64,000 bases of DNA from Chamaesiphon sp. (GTDB lineage Bacteria; Cyanobacteriota; Cyanobacteriia; Cyanobacteriales; Chamaesiphonaceae). The notes below the pieces were generated by a model that made no database searches, was not told the DNA's origin, and saw only the letters and a program-made list of their open reading frames with translations. The stretch spans positions 128,001 to 192,000 of the forward strand of contig CBDFFH010000015.1 in the NCBI GenBank assembly GCA_965246715.1. Reading direction: 5' to 3'. Positions 20,559 through 31,180 of the stretch are shown here, in pieces. Position numbers and translations under genes: made by a program. Positions within the stretch are counted from its first letter, which is position 1. Every line of letters starts with the position of its first letter.

Positions 20559-21887
20559 ATGGCAAATCAATTTGGACGTAGAAGATTCATCATTTTGGGT
20601 GGAGCTGGGTTAGCAGGCACGATGCTGCTCAAAGCTTGTACCAATCCCGCCTCGACTCCTACAGCTAGTCCGAGTGCATCGCCAACTACTGCCGAAAGTC
20701 CGAGCACCTCACCTGTCGCTGCTAATGGTAACACGGTCAAGGTGGGAATCTTACATTCCCTCAGTGGTACCATGGCAATCAGTGAAAAAAGCGTCGTCGA
20801 TGCCGAACAACTCGCGATCGCGGAAATCAATGCCAAAGGTGGCGTATTAGGCAAGCAAATCGAAGCCATCGTCGAAGATGGTGCGTCTAACTGGGACAAA
20901 TTTGCTGAGAAAGCCAAGAAATTGATCGACCAAGATAAAGTAGCCACTGTCTTTGGTTGCTGGACTTCTGCAAGTAGGAAAGCCGTCTTACCTGTATTTG
21001 AAGAGAAGAAGCACATGCTGTGGTATCCCGTGCAATATGAAGGCCAAGAATGTTCGCAAGACATCTTCTATACGGGTGCGGCACCAAACCAACAAATCGA
21101 ACCTGCGGTTGACTGGTTGTTGCAAAATAAAGGCAAAGAGTTTTTCCTCGTTGGCTCTGACTATGTATTCCCACGCACTGCTAACACCATCATCAAAGCT
21201 CAACTACAAGCTAAAGGTGGTAAAACAGTCGGTGAAGATTACTTACCATTAGGCAACAATGAGGTTACGCCGATTATTGCCAAGATCAAAAAGGCTTTAC
21301 CTAAAGGTGGAGTCATTTTTAATACCCTCAATGGTGATAGTAACGTTGCGTTCTTTAAACAGATGCAAAGTGCTGGTTTAACCGCCGATAAATATCCGGT
21401 AATGTCAGTAAGTGTGGCCGAAGAAGAAGTCAAAGCGATCGGGGTAGAATATCTCAAAGGTCACTATGCTTCGTGGAACTATTTCCAAACCGTTAATACG
21501 CCAGCGAACAAAACTTTTGTTGAAAGCTTCAAGAAGAAATACGGTAACGATCGGGTAGTTAACGATCCGATGGAAGCTGCCTATATCATGGTCTACATGT
21601 GGAAAATGGCCGTCGAAAAAGCGAAGACTACCGAAATCGAAGCTGTGCGTAAAGCAGCCTTGGGCTTAACTTTCGATGCACCAGAAGGTAAAGTTACACT
21701 CGAAAATAACCATCACCTTTCCAAATTCGTTCGCATCGGTGAAATTGGAGCCGACGGAATGTTCAAGATCGTTTCTGAATCCAAAACAGCCGTCAAACCC
21801 ATCCCCTGGAACCAGTATGTAGCTGAAACCAAAGGCTATGCTTGCGACTGGTCAGATCCAGCCAAAGGTGGTAAGTACAAAGGCTAA
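20559..21887 (+). CDS. urtA: Urea ABC transporter substrate-binding protein
   Basis: Tat/lipoprotein signal; [36 protein letters not shown]. Confidence 0.95.
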   Translation: MANQFGRRRFIILGGAGLAGTMLLKACTNPASTPTASPSASPTTAESPSTSPVAANGNTVKVGILHSLSGTMAISEKSVVDAEQLAIAEINAKGGVLGKQIEAIVEDGASNWDKFAEKAKKLIDQDKVATVFGCWTSASRKAVLPVFEEKKHMLWYPVQYEGQECSQDIFYTGAAPNQQIEPAVDWLLQNKGKEFFLVGSDYVFPRTANTIIKAQLQAKGGKTVGEDYLPLGNNEVTPIIAKIKKALPKGGVIFNTLNGDSNVAFFKQMQSAGLTADKYPVMSVSVAEEEVKAIGVEYLKGHYASWNYFQTVNTPANKTFVESFKKKYGNDRVVNDPMEAAYIMVYMWKMAVEKAKTTEIEAVRKAALGLTFDAPEGKVTLENNHHLSKFVRIGEIGADGMFKIVSESKTAVKPIPWNQYVAETKGYACDWSDPAKGGKYKG

Positions 21888-21926
21888 TGAATTATAAGCT
21901 ATGAATTCATAATTCATAGCTTATAG

Positions 21927-22131
21927 TAATAAGTTGTAGGGTGGGCACTGCCCACCACTTAAGTTTTGAGAATATTACCAAACCTAGTTTTTTATTTATT
22001 AAGTAGGTAGTCACGAATATTTGTAATTCAGCAATAGGTTCAAACCCTTTAATAACAAGTTGTAGTTGTAGGGTGGCAGTGCCCACCTCTTAGGATTTGG
22101 GAAATATTACCAAACCTAATTTTTTATCTAT
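21927..22131. repeat. Imperfect direct duplication (~70 bp) containing a REP-like GGTGGGCACTGCCCACC palindrome
   Basis: agttgtagggtgggcactgcccacc...aatattaccaaaccta (about 21932-21990) recurs at about 22064-22120. Confidence 0.7.
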
Positions 22132-22210
22132 ATACTTAGCGCAAACTATAAAGAAACAGAATACCCATAATTCCCTAGTCACTATCCACTATTCACTATC
22201 CACTAAAAAA

Positions 22211-23371
22211 GTGCTAACAGGATTATTAGAAGCCATCTTTAATGGCATGAGCATTGGGGCTGTATTGCTCATCTCTGCATTGGGACTCGCGATCGTCTTT
22301 GGTTTGATGGGCGTAATCAATCTCGCACATGGCGAGTTAATGATGTTGGGGGCGTACACCACCTTCGTCGTCCAAAACTTGTTTAAATTGCTCCCTGCGC
22401 CCCTATTTGAGTTTTATATCTTCTTTGCTCTAATTGCTGCTTTTCTGGTCTCCGCCGCTGCGGGATTAGTGTTAGAGCGCGGAGTTATCCGCTTCCTATA
22501 TGGACGACCGTTAGAAACGCTGTTGGCAACTTGGGGCGTGAGTCTGATCCTGCAGCAACTAGTGCGGAGTATTAGTTGGGTGCTGACGATCGCGATTATA
22601 CTCTTCTGTTTGCTATTTTTCGGCGGGATGTCATCGATCAAACGTCGCCCGAATTTCGAGCGGATGCGTACCTTAGCGATCGCAATTTTACTACCACTGT
22701 CGATCGCCATTAGTAGTGTAGTGGGGATCGTACTCAGCCAAAAATTTCAACTTGCCATTACACAGCCGTGGTTTGGTGCCCAAAACGTGGATGTCACCGC
22801 ACCTGCTTGGCTACGAGGCGGATTGCCAATTGGTGATTTTCAATTACCTTACAGTCGGCTATTTATTATGGTAATTACCGCGCTCTGTTTGGTCGGTATC
22901 TATCTATTTTTACAGCGCACCAATTGGGGACTAAGGATTCGTGCCGTCACCCAAAATCGCAATATGAGTGCTTGTTTGGGGATTCCGACCGCTCAGGTTG
23001 ATGCCTTTACATTTGCCCTCGGCTCGGGGTTGGCAGGTATCGCTGGTTGTGCGATTAGTTTGCTAGGCTCTGTCGGGCCGAATACCGGACAAAACTATGT
23101 CGTCGATACCTTTATGGTCGTAGTCGTCGGTGGTGTTGGGAAATTAGTCGGGACGATTATCGCTGCTCTAGGGATCGGTACTGCCAACTACTTAATCGGT
23201 TCTGGCAGTCTTGTATCATTGTTTGCATCCATCCAACCTGTTGCTGATTTCTTCACCTTTTTTGCAACTACTAGTATGGCAAAAGTGATGGTATTTGCCT
23301 TAATTATCACCTTTCTCCAAGTTCGTCCGGGGGGGATATTTCCTCAAAAAGGTCGCAATGTGGAATTATAG
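22211..23371 (+). CDS. urtB: Urea ABC transporter permease UrtB
   Basis: LGLAIVFGLMGVINLAHGELMMLGAY, GRPLETLLATWG; start placed at GTG 22211. Confidence 0.93.
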   Translation: MLTGLLEAIFNGMSIGAVLLISALGLAIVFGLMGVINLAHGELMMLGAYTTFVVQNLFKLLPAPLFEFYIFFALIAAFLVSAAAGLVLERGVIRFLYGRPLETLLATWGVSLILQQLVRSISWVLTIAIILFCLLFFGGMSSIKRRPNFERMRTLAIAILLPLSIAISSVVGIVLSQKFQLAITQPWFGAQNVDVTAPAWLRGGLPIGDFQLPYSRLFIMVITALCLVGIYLFLQRTNWGLRIRAVTQNRNMSACLGIPTAQVDAFTFALGSGLAGIAGCAISLLGSVGPNTGQNYVVDTFMVVVVGGVGKLVGTIIAALGIGTANYLIGSGSLVSLFASIQPVADFFTFFATTSMAKVMVFALIITFLQVRPGGIFPQKGRNVEL

Positions 23372-23620
23372 CCACGGTTCTGTGAGGGTAGGTCGATGCA
23401 AATTAATATTGATAATTGCTACTCCCTTCCTGCTCAAAGACTATAGATTAGCTTTTTCTTTATGCCCTCTGCGGTTAAAAAAAGATCTCTGACAGTAATA
23501 GGGTAAAAGTATTATCTATATTTTTCTGGCGAGAAGGGAGTAGCATCGCTCGATAAAACCCGACCTCTTGACGCTGCTGAATCGACTAATTATAAAATAC
23601 AAACGATCGATCGCGAATTT

Positions 23621-24748
23621 ATGATAACTATTACATCAAAGAAAAGCCGGGGCAAACCATTACTTGTAGAAGCTGGGATTGTCGGGACGATCGTGTTAAC
23701 GCTAATTTTAGTCGTACCCTGGTTGCTAACTGATTTTCGACTCAGTTTGTTAGGCAGATTTTTAGCACTTTCGATCGCGGCGTTAGGTATCGATCTGATC
23801 TGGGGATATACCGGTCTGCTCAGTCTGGGACACGGAGTATTTTTTGCTCTAGGCGGCTATTTGTTGGCGATGTATCTCAAGTTGCAGATTCCCGCAGATG
23901 CTAGCAATCAACTCCCAGAGTTTATGAACCTCTATGGATTGACTGAGTTACCAGCATTTTGGCAGCCGTTTAATAACTTTGGCTTTACAATTTTTGCGAT
24001 CTTATTTATCCCTACGATTATCGGTGGATTGCTCGGTTATTTAGTCTTTCGTAACCGGATTCGCGGCGTTTATTTTTCGATTCTGACGCAAGCTGCTACC
24101 GTCGTCTTTTTCAACTTCTTTAACGGTCAACAAAAACTATTTAATGGTACCAACGGTCTGACTGACTTCAAAACGATCCTCGGTGCTGATGTCAATCGAT
24201 ATCAATTTACATTTTATATTCTGACGATCGTTTTTCTAGTTTTAGCTTATGTACTCTGCCGCTGGTTGACGAGCGGGAGATTTGGCAATCTTTTAGTTGC
24301 CATTCGCGATGACGAAAATCGGTTGAGATTTTCTGGCTATAATCCGACTGGATTTAAAGTTATCGTCTTTGCTGTTTCTGCCGCACTCGCGGCAATTGGG
24401 GGAGCATTCTATACCATTCAAACCGGAAGAGTTTCCCCTCAACTAATGGATATCGGCTTCTCGATCGAAATGGTCATTTGGGTGGCAGCAGGCGGTCGTG
24501 CGACCCTGATCGGCGCAATTTTGGGTACTTTACTAGTTAACTTTGCCAAAAGCTTACTCAGCGAACAATTTCCAGAAGTTTGGCTATTTTTTCAAGGGGC
24601 GTTATTCTTACTAGTTGTAACGGTATTGCCCGACGGTATTGTCGGTCTCAAGAAACTATTTCAACGTCAAAGAGCGGTTGTTAATACATATCCAGATATC
24701 GATTTAGATCCAGAGGTACAAAGTGAACGAGAGCATCTTGGCAACTGA
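23621..24748 (+). CDS. urtC: Urea ABC transporter permease UrtC
   Basis: DLIWGYTGLLSLGHG, IRGVYFSILTQA, AIRDDENR. Confidence 0.93.
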   Translation: MITITSKKSRGKPLLVEAGIVGTIVLTLILVVPWLLTDFRLSLLGRFLALSIAALGIDLIWGYTGLLSLGHGVFFALGGYLLAMYLKLQIPADASNQLPEFMNLYGLTELPAFWQPFNNFGFTIFAILFIPTIIGGLLGYLVFRNRIRGVYFSILTQAATVVFFNFFNGQQKLFNGTNGLTDFKTILGADVNRYQFTFYILTIVFLVLAYVLCRWLTSGRFGNLLVAIRDDENRLRFSGYNPTGFKVIVFAVSAALAAIGGAFYTIQTGRVSPQLMDIGFSIEMVIWVAAGGRATLIGAILGTLLVNFAKSLLSEQFPEVWLFFQGALFLLVVTVLPDGIVGLKKLFQRQRAVVNTYPDIDLDPEVQSEREHLGN

Positions 24749-25466
24749 AAATTTAACTAAAGATTTTGATGGATTTAAGGCTATTAATAATCTCAATTTT
24801 AGCATGGCTCCTGGAGAGCTGCGGGTAGTTATCGGCCCGAATGGTGCTGGCAAAACCACATTTCTCGACTTAATTACGGGCAAGGTTAAACCAACCACCG
24901 GACAGGTTTTATTTAAAGGTAAAAATCTGTTGCGCTATTCGGAAGAACAAATTTCGCGATTGGGCATCGGGCGGAAGTTCCAAACCCCAAGAGTGTATCT
25001 CAATCTCACCGCCAGAGAAAACTTAGAACTAGCGGCAAATCGGACTAAAGATGTCTGGGGCACATTATTTAAAAAACTATCGAAGTCAGAACGCGATCGA
25101 GTGGGTATATTATTAGAAACGATCGGCTTGATCTCCAAAGCCGATCGGTTGGCTGATTTGCTCTCCCACGGCGAAAAGCAACGGTTGGAAATCGGGATGC
25201 TAGTCGCTCAATCGCCAGACTTATTACTAGTTGATGAACCTGTTGCTGGGTTGACAGATGAAGAGACTGAAAATGTTGGAAATTTACTACTTACATTATC
25301 TGAAAGTCACGCAATTTTAGTAATCGAACATGACATGGAATTTGTTCGACAAATCGCGAGAAAAGTTACGGTTTTACATGAAGGAACGGTACTCTGCGAA
25401 GGATCGATCGATGAAGTTCAACACGATCCGAGAGTCATTGAAGTGTACCTCGGGCAACCGCAGTAA
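24723..25466 (+). CDS. urtD: Urea ABC transporter ATP-binding protein UrtD
   Basis: GPNGAGKT, GIGRKFQTP, LSHGEKQRLEIGM. Confidence 0.93.
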   Translation: MNESILATENLTKDFDGFKAINNLNFSMAPGELRVVIGPNGAGKTTFLDLITGKVKPTTGQVLFKGKNLLRYSEEQISRLGIGRKFQTPRVYLNLTARENLELAANRTKDVWGTLFKKLSKSERDRVGILLETIGLISKADRLADLLSHGEKQRLEIGMLVAQSPDLLLVDEPVAGLTDEETENVGNLLLTLSESHAILVIEHDMEFVRQIARKVTVLHEGTVLCEGSIDEVQHDPRVIEVYLGQPQ

Positions 25467-25513
25467 ATTAATAATTCTTATATCCTTATCCTCTATTCAT
25501 TAGCCACTAAATT

Positions 25514-26212
25514 ATGCTCGAAATCTCCAATCTCAACGTTTACTATGGCGAGAGTCATATTCTACGTAATGTCGATTTACACGTTCCAGCAGGAAAGATT
25601 GTATGTCTGATCGGCAGAAATGGCGTAGGTAAGACTACATTAATGAAAAGTATCATCGGCTTACTTACCCCCCGCACTGGTGAAATTATCCTTGACGGCG
25701 AGAGAATTAACGATCGATCTCCCGATCTGCGTGCCAGAAAGGGGATCGGATATGTCCCCCAAGGACGAGAAATTATTTCCCGATTGACTGTAGAAGAAAA
25801 CCTCCTGCTCGGATTAGAAGCGCGGCGTAACAGTCATCGCTCGACCAAAATTCCCCAGGATATTTTTGAACTATTTCCAGTGTTAAAGACCATGCTCTCC
25901 CGAATGGGTGGCGACTTGAGCGGGGGACAACAGCAGCAATTAGCCATCGCCCGCGCGCTGATGGGCAAACCCCGTTTACTCGTCTTGGACGAACCTACAG
26001 AAGGCATCCAGCCCTCGATTATCTTGGATATCGAGGCAGCAGTAAAGCGAGTAGTCGAGACTACGGGAGTATCGGTATTGCTGGTGGAACAACATTTGCA
26101 CTTTGTGAGACAAGCTGACAGTTATTATGCAATGCAAAAGGGTGGCATTGTAGCTTCGGGGGCGACTAGTGAATTGAGCCAGGATGTGATTCAACGCTTT
26201 TTAGCGGTGTAA
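25514..26212 (+). CDS. urtE: Urea ABC transporter ATP-binding protein UrtE
   Basis: GRNGVGKT, YVPQGREI, LSGGQQQQLAIARAL, DEPTEGIQPSI. Confidence 0.93.
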   Translation: MLEISNLNVYYGESHILRNVDLHVPAGKIVCLIGRNGVGKTTLMKSIIGLLTPRTGEIILDGERINDRSPDLRARKGIGYVPQGREIISRLTVEENLLLGLEARRNSHRSTKIPQDIFELFPVLKTMLSRMGGDLSGGQQQQLAIARALMGKPRLLVLDEPTEGIQPSIILDIEAAVKRVVETTGVSVLLVEQHLHFVRQADSYYAMQKGGIVASGATSELSQDVIQRFLAV

Positions 26213-26486
26213 CTCGGACAAATGACACTTGAATAACGCCCTCTCAGCCAACGGATACCATCACCTGTAGCCAATTGACCTTGACAATCGGTAGATAACC
26301 CGTGTTATTTGAAGTATTTTGAGACAAATATTGATAAGTTTTAATAATTAAAAAAAGTCGATCTAACGTAGCTACTGACTAGTAATTAGTATAAAAATTT
26401 TAAAGTTTCAAGATTCGGTTTTCCCACCACAATGGTGACAGTCATAGGTGACAATAAGAAGGTTAGACCTGAGAAATTGGATTAAT

Positions 26487-27014
26487 ATGGAAGCAACCAC
26501 GATCGTTTCTAAATGGCGTAAAGCCCTAATGCCGATCTTATTATCGGCAGTCTTGCTCTTCTCTGCATGTTCGAGTAAAGCACCCTCACCCTACGCTCAA
26601 ACTCAAAAAGAGACTTCCGGCAGAAACGCTCCCGCCGCCGTCGCCAAGAATGCCGAAGCTGGTGGCGATTTTAATAAATTCTTCCCTCAAGGTAGTGCTG
26701 GCTACTCCCGTGTATTCTCCCAAGAGAAGAAAGGCTTTGCTGAAGCTAAGCTAAATAAGGCCGGGAAAAATGTCGCTGTTCTCTCGATCAGTGACACGAT
26801 TAGCCTCCCCGCTGCGGCTAAGAAATATGAAAATAGTATCAGCAAACTCAATAACTATCCACTGATAGATAACACTCAGCTCAAAAGTACTTCGGTATTA
26901 GTCAATAACCGTTACCAAGTTAAAGTAGCCTCTCGCGATCCTTCATTTACGGCTGAAGATCGTCAAATGTGGCTTCAAAAGTTTAACCTCGGCGGATTAT
27001 CCACACTCAAGTAG
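26487..27014 (+). CDS. Conserved hypothetical lipoprotein
   Basis: Lipobox-like FSAC; QEKKGFAEAKL motif; start placed at ATG 26487. Confidence 0.75.
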   Translation: MEATTIVSKWRKALMPILLSAVLLFSACSSKAPSPYAQTQKETSGRNAPAAVAKNAEAGGDFNKFFPQGSAGYSRVFSQEKKGFAEAKLNKAGKNVAVLSISDTISLPAAAKKYENSISKLNNYPLIDNTQLKSTSVLVNNRYQVKVASRDPSFTAEDRQMWLQKFNLGGLSTLK

Positions 27015-27050
27015 TCGCTTAATAATTGTAATTATCTTCAGGAGTCAACT

Positions 27051-27938
27051 GTGAGCAAAGCAATTTTTGAACTAGTAGACGAGTTGCCCACTGGGGGATT
27101 GACCGTCATGTCATTGAATGCCTTGGATTTCGTCATCCCCGGACAATGGCAGAATATCGTTGGCTTCGACAACACCATTAAAATCGTGACTGGCACTGAC
27201 GACCCCGACTATATTCAAGCGATCGGCGAACGCGCGGTAGCTTTATATAATGACAAAGGCGAAGGTTATCAAACTGCCATGTGGCTCTACAACACTGTAG
27301 ACTCCGGCTCCAGCGCCCTCGGTGCAGCAGCAATGGCCAATAAACTCGGCGAAAGTTTCTCGATGTTGGGCTTTTTGGGAAATATTACCCCCAAAGCCGA
27401 AACCGCCCAAACGATCGACCTCAGCGTCAAATTAGTCGCGGAAATCGTGGCATTCTGCCAGATCAACGGTATTCCTGGCGATAGCGTTGGTGACTTCCTC
27501 GCCGCACTCGGCGACTACGGCGGCGAATCCCTGATGCGGATGTGCGCGTTGATTTGTTTCGATGGCTTGATCCCGCTCGGCCCCGATTTTATCGGTATGG
27601 TGACGGATAAAATGGGTGGCATGAGTCCCAAGGAGCTAGAAGGCAACCAAACCTTCAAAGGCATCAAAGACCAAATTCCTGGCGGCGATACGGGCGGACA
27701 ACTGGGCTTTATTACCCAAAGTTTTGGTTCTGTCAGCGGTTGGATGAGCGATTTTGTAACTTCGCGTGGTTTGACCCCCGAATCAGTTGTCGGCAATCTC
27801 CGCAACTTTGTGGACATTACGGATGATAAATTAGATTATCTGGGCGCATTCCTCGATGTGAGTACCAATTATTATGCGCATACTGGTACTCAGACGCTAG
27901 CCAGACGATTGATCGAGCGGGCTGCTGCTGAAATGTAG
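27051..27938 (+). CDS. Conserved hypothetical protein
   Basis: 295 aa, GGAG RBS, probably co-transcribed with the upstream lipoprotein. Confidence 0.8.
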   Translation: MSKAIFELVDELPTGGLTVMSLNALDFVIPGQWQNIVGFDNTIKIVTGTDDPDYIQAIGERAVALYNDKGEGYQTAMWLYNTVDSGSSALGAAAMANKLGESFSMLGFLGNITPKAETAQTIDLSVKLVAEIVAFCQINGIPGDSVGDFLAALGDYGGESLMRMCALICFDGLIPLGPDFIGMVTDKMGGMSPKELEGNQTFKGIKDQIPGGDTGGQLGFITQSFGSVSGWMSDFVTSRGLTPESVVGNLRNFVDITDDKLDYLGAFLDVSTNYYAHTGTQTLARRLIERAAAEM

Positions 27939-28057
27939 AAATCTGGCGATCGCTCGTGATGGGCGATCTCGGATTGGGGGATATCCTGCTGGGATACCCC
28001 TTCACATTTAAATATCGATCCGATTCATTATCCAGTGCCAGCAGTTTCTCAAAGATC

Positions 28058-28816
28058 GTGCAACGTATAACCATAAGCCCCGCCCAAATTCAGCAAAACT
28101 CGATCGATCTTACTCCCGAACAACATCACTATCTCACCCGTGTTATTCGCCTCCACAACGGCTCCAAGTTTCAGGCGATCGATGGTACTGGAAATCTCTA
28201 CCTCGCCGAACTAACTGGCAATACTGCCCAGATTATCGAACTAATTACCAGCCAAGATTTGGGACTCCCCCAAACAGTTACCCTCATTTGTGCCCTACCC
28301 AAAGGCAATAACTTCGACGATATCGTCCGCGCTTGCACCGAACTCGGCGTAACCGAAATCATCCCGGCCATCAGCGATCGCACCCTGCTCCAACCGAGTC
28401 CCCAAAAGCTCCAAAGATGGCGCAAAATCGCCCAAGAAGCCACCGAACAGTCCGAACACCTCACAATTCCGACGATCGCCGAACCACAATCGCTCCAGGC
28501 TATTTTTGCCCAACTTCCAGATCGGAGTCATAAATATCTCTGCGAAGCACGCGGCGAACAGCCACACCTGCTGACCTGTCTGCAATCTGACCCATCCGAT
28601 CGCCCAATTATTATCGCGATCGGGCCTGAAGGCGGCTGGACGGCTGAAGAAATCGATTTGGCACTCCAACATGAATTTAAATTAGTATCATTGGGTAAGC
28701 AAATTCTGCGGACGATCACTGCTCCAATAGTGGCATTATCGATCGTCTCTGCTGTCGCAAACACAACACCCACAGACATATCTGGTTTCAGCAATAATGA
28801 TGTATCGAGTGGGTAA
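28058..28816 (+). CDS. rsmE: 16S rRNA m3U1498 methyltransferase
   Basis: HYLTRVIRL, ACTELGV, EATEQS, IGPEGGW, SLGKQILRTITA; start placed at GTG 28058. Confidence 0.9.
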   Translation: MQRITISPAQIQQNSIDLTPEQHHYLTRVIRLHNGSKFQAIDGTGNLYLAELTGNTAQIIELITSQDLGLPQTVTLICALPKGNNFDDIVRACTELGVTEIIPAISDRTLLQPSPQKLQRWRKIAQEATEQSEHLTIPTIAEPQSLQAIFAQLPDRSHKYLCEARGEQPHLLTCLQSDPSDRPIIIAIGPEGGWTAEEIDLALQHEFKLVSLGKQILRTITAPIVALSIVSAVANTTPTDISGFSNNDVSSG

Positions 28817-28852
28817 AGCCATCCCATAGAATGGAGACAATGATCGCCTGTA

Positions 28853-29005
28853 AACCAATTTTGGATTTTGGATTAACCCTATACCTGAAGGCAGGATCTT
28901 TAATTAAAAAATTTAGACTTTGAATTTATTCTACGAATTAATTCGGGAGATTGAAGCCTGTTTAGATTTTAGATTGCAAATCATCAATCCAAAATCCAAA
29001 ATCCG
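28853..29005. repeat. TTTTGGA/TCCAAAA heptamer tracts in inverted arrangement
   Basis: aattttggattttggatt ... aatccaaaatccaaaatc. Confidence 0.6.
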
Positions 29006-29045
29006 ATCGAGAATTGAAAAATTGCCCCATTTAACAAATCGATGT

Positions 29046-29639
29046 ATGGACAACCTATTTAAATCCAACTACTTCTGGTTGTTTTACTCGATTAGCCTCA
29101 CCTTATTTTCGTTTAGCCTATTTTTACAATGGGGGCTGATGGTGGGGATGCTATTCCTGATCTTTTTCTGTTTTCGCTGGACTCGATTAGAGACAGACCT
29201 TTCGCTCGTGCAATGGCGTAGTTATCTCTTGGCAATCTTTTTATATCCACCTGCTGAAACGACTATTATACTGCTCCGCATCAAAGGCAAGATGCCCCAA
29301 GATTTCGATCTAATCAATCGTGGGGAGCATTTTTGTTGGGCGATCGCGTTGATATTCTTTTTTCTACCATTAATTGCGGGATTTTGGAAGTCACTTAACG
29401 GTTGGCAGAATCTGATTTTTATTCTTGGCTTTGTTTGTTTGTTGGGAAATTTTAATGAGTTTCTAGAATATCTCTTCCGCATCCAACCATCATCGAGAGA
29501 TAACGCATTATTCGCTTCCTTTTATCACGATACGATTCTCGATATGACGATGAATTTATTGGGGGGATTGGTGGGATTTGCGATCTTGACGCGACTATTT
29601 GCCAAACCTCGATCGGCTCAGATTGCGATCGATCGTTAG
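29046..29639 (+). CDS. Hypothetical membrane protein (DUF2238/VanZ-like)
   Basis: Multiple TM helices; EH, NEFLEY, DTILDM..NLLGG motifs. Confidence 0.65.
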   Translation: MDNLFKSNYFWLFYSISLTLFSFSLFLQWGLMVGMLFLIFFCFRWTRLETDLSLVQWRSYLLAIFLYPPAETTIILLRIKGKMPQDFDLINRGEHFCWAIALIFFFLPLIAGFWKSLNGWQNLIFILGFVCLLGNFNEFLEYLFRIQPSSRDNALFASFYHDTILDMTMNLLGGLVGFAILTRLFAKPRSAQIAIDR

Positions 29640-29669
29640 TAATTAAAGTCTACTCTGACAAAAATAATA

Positions 29670-30962
29670 TTACCTGAAACTATTTAACGCAGGGGAGTTC
29701 GTTTGCAGTACGCGTTCGACAATATCCGCAGCATACTTAACTCCTCCTGCCCGATCGATCGCTACACTTAATTTCTGGGCATTATCACGATAACTACGCT
29801 CTGTGAGTACCCGATCGATCGCTAGTCGCAATTTTGGTACATTCAGCTTGGCTAGGGGAACTACTTCACCCGCACCAGCTCGTGCGACTCTAGCTGCCAT
29901 CCCTGGCTGATCGGTGGTAATCGGAATGGCAACCATCGGCACGCCACTACTCAAACAACTTACTGCCGTGCTACCTGCATGAGTAATTACCAAGTCAGCA
30001 CGGTTAATCAATTGCTGATGGGGTGGAAATGCAACTACTAGTGGGTTGCCAGGAAAATCCGTCTGTGCGGGATCTGCATTGGGATTTCCGAGCGAAATGA
30101 CTAACTGGGCATCGATCTCCAGACAGGCTGTAGCAATGCACCGAAAAATCTCCCAATTGTGGCTTTGCAAAGTGCCTAGATTTGCATATATTAACCGTTT
30201 ACCGTTGAGTTTTTCCCATGGAAAATCCTGCCGATCTAATGAAACAGGCTCTAGATCCGCAGGACTTTTCAGCAACCCTACGTAGTGAAACCAGGGGACG
30301 AGTCGTTCGCGGGGAAAATCGAGTTCCTGTGGCAACTGAGCGATTTGAGCGAGTTGCGAATAGCCATCGTCTCGGTTTTGGTGTGGTGGCAATTGCCACA
30401 ATTGCCGCTGCCGCACCAGTACATCCCAAATCGATCGGGTAAGATAAGCGAGTAGAGAGTGACCCAATTGATTTCTGCGTCTAGCCCACCAGACATTTTC
30501 ATAACTCCAGGAAGTAAAATTAGGTGGGACTCCAGGTTCGCGATTTATCGGTAATGCGTTGCAAACTGTGATAAACGGTAAGTTTAGGTAATCGGCGATG
30601 GTGCCCCCAGCATTTGTGAGCTGATCCACCAGCAGTAAGTCGATCCCAGCCTGCCGAATCGCTTCAGGAGCATCGCGGAACAACATCTTCGCTTCCCGCT
30701 CGAAAAACTCAATGGCAAATTTCAATCCTGCCAATCCGGTCAAGCGTCCTAGTTCTGCGTACATCGTTGCGATGCTACCAGGCGGGAAATCGCTAGCCCC
30801 AATTTCATAAAATTCTAAGTTGGATCGATCGATTTTTTCGGCTACTTCTGGCACACCAAACAATGTAACTTTGTGACCGCGCCGCATTAGCTCCATCCCC
30901 AAGTTGCACATGGGGTTGAGATGTCCGATCGCTCCAGGGCACAAAATACCAATGTTAGACAT
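29670..30962 (-). CDS. GT1 family UDP-glycosyltransferase (MGT/zeaxanthin glucosyltransferase-like)
   Basis: GHLNP, LGTLQ, VITHAG...GVPMVAIPITTDQP. Confidence 0.85.
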   Translation of the reverse strand: MSNIGILCPGAIGHLNPMCNLGMELMRRGHKVTLFGVPEVAEKIDRSNLEFYEIGASDFPPGSIATMYAELGRLTGLAGLKFAIEFFEREAKMLFRDAPEAIRQAGIDLLLVDQLTNAGGTIADYLNLPFITVCNALPINREPGVPPNFTSWSYENVWWARRRNQLGHSLLAYLTRSIWDVLVRQRQLWQLPPHQNRDDGYSQLAQIAQLPQELDFPRERLVPWFHYVGLLKSPADLEPVSLDRQDFPWEKLNGKRLIYANLGTLQSHNWEIFRCIATACLEIDAQLVISLGNPNADPAQTDFPGNPLVVAFPPHQQLINRADLVITHAGSTAVSCLSSGVPMVAIPITTDQPGMAARVARAGAGEVVPLAKLNVPKLRLAIDRVLTERSYRDNAQKLSVAIDRAGGVKYAADIVERVLQTNSPALNSFR

Positions 30963-31180
30963 GCTGATTTAGTGTTTGAGAGAGCATTTCGATTAGTATC
31001 CGATCGATTTTGACTACTGCCATTATCGGCCTTTAATGGCTGCAAAGATTGATTTTGGTTACAGCAAGATCGTTGCTGTCGAAGTAAACACCACACCCGT
31101 CCCCAAGTGTTGATATAATAGCGACCTTCAGGTGGTGTAGTCACCCCGATACTCGTCCATCGCTGAAACAGGGTGCCAAG

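Noticed and set aside
22097..22210. Long N-terminal extensions in the ORF track (urtB, rsmE, ureG, pfkB, 28920 ORF)
   Set aside because: They run through repeats or regulatory DNA; downstream starts match family N-termini
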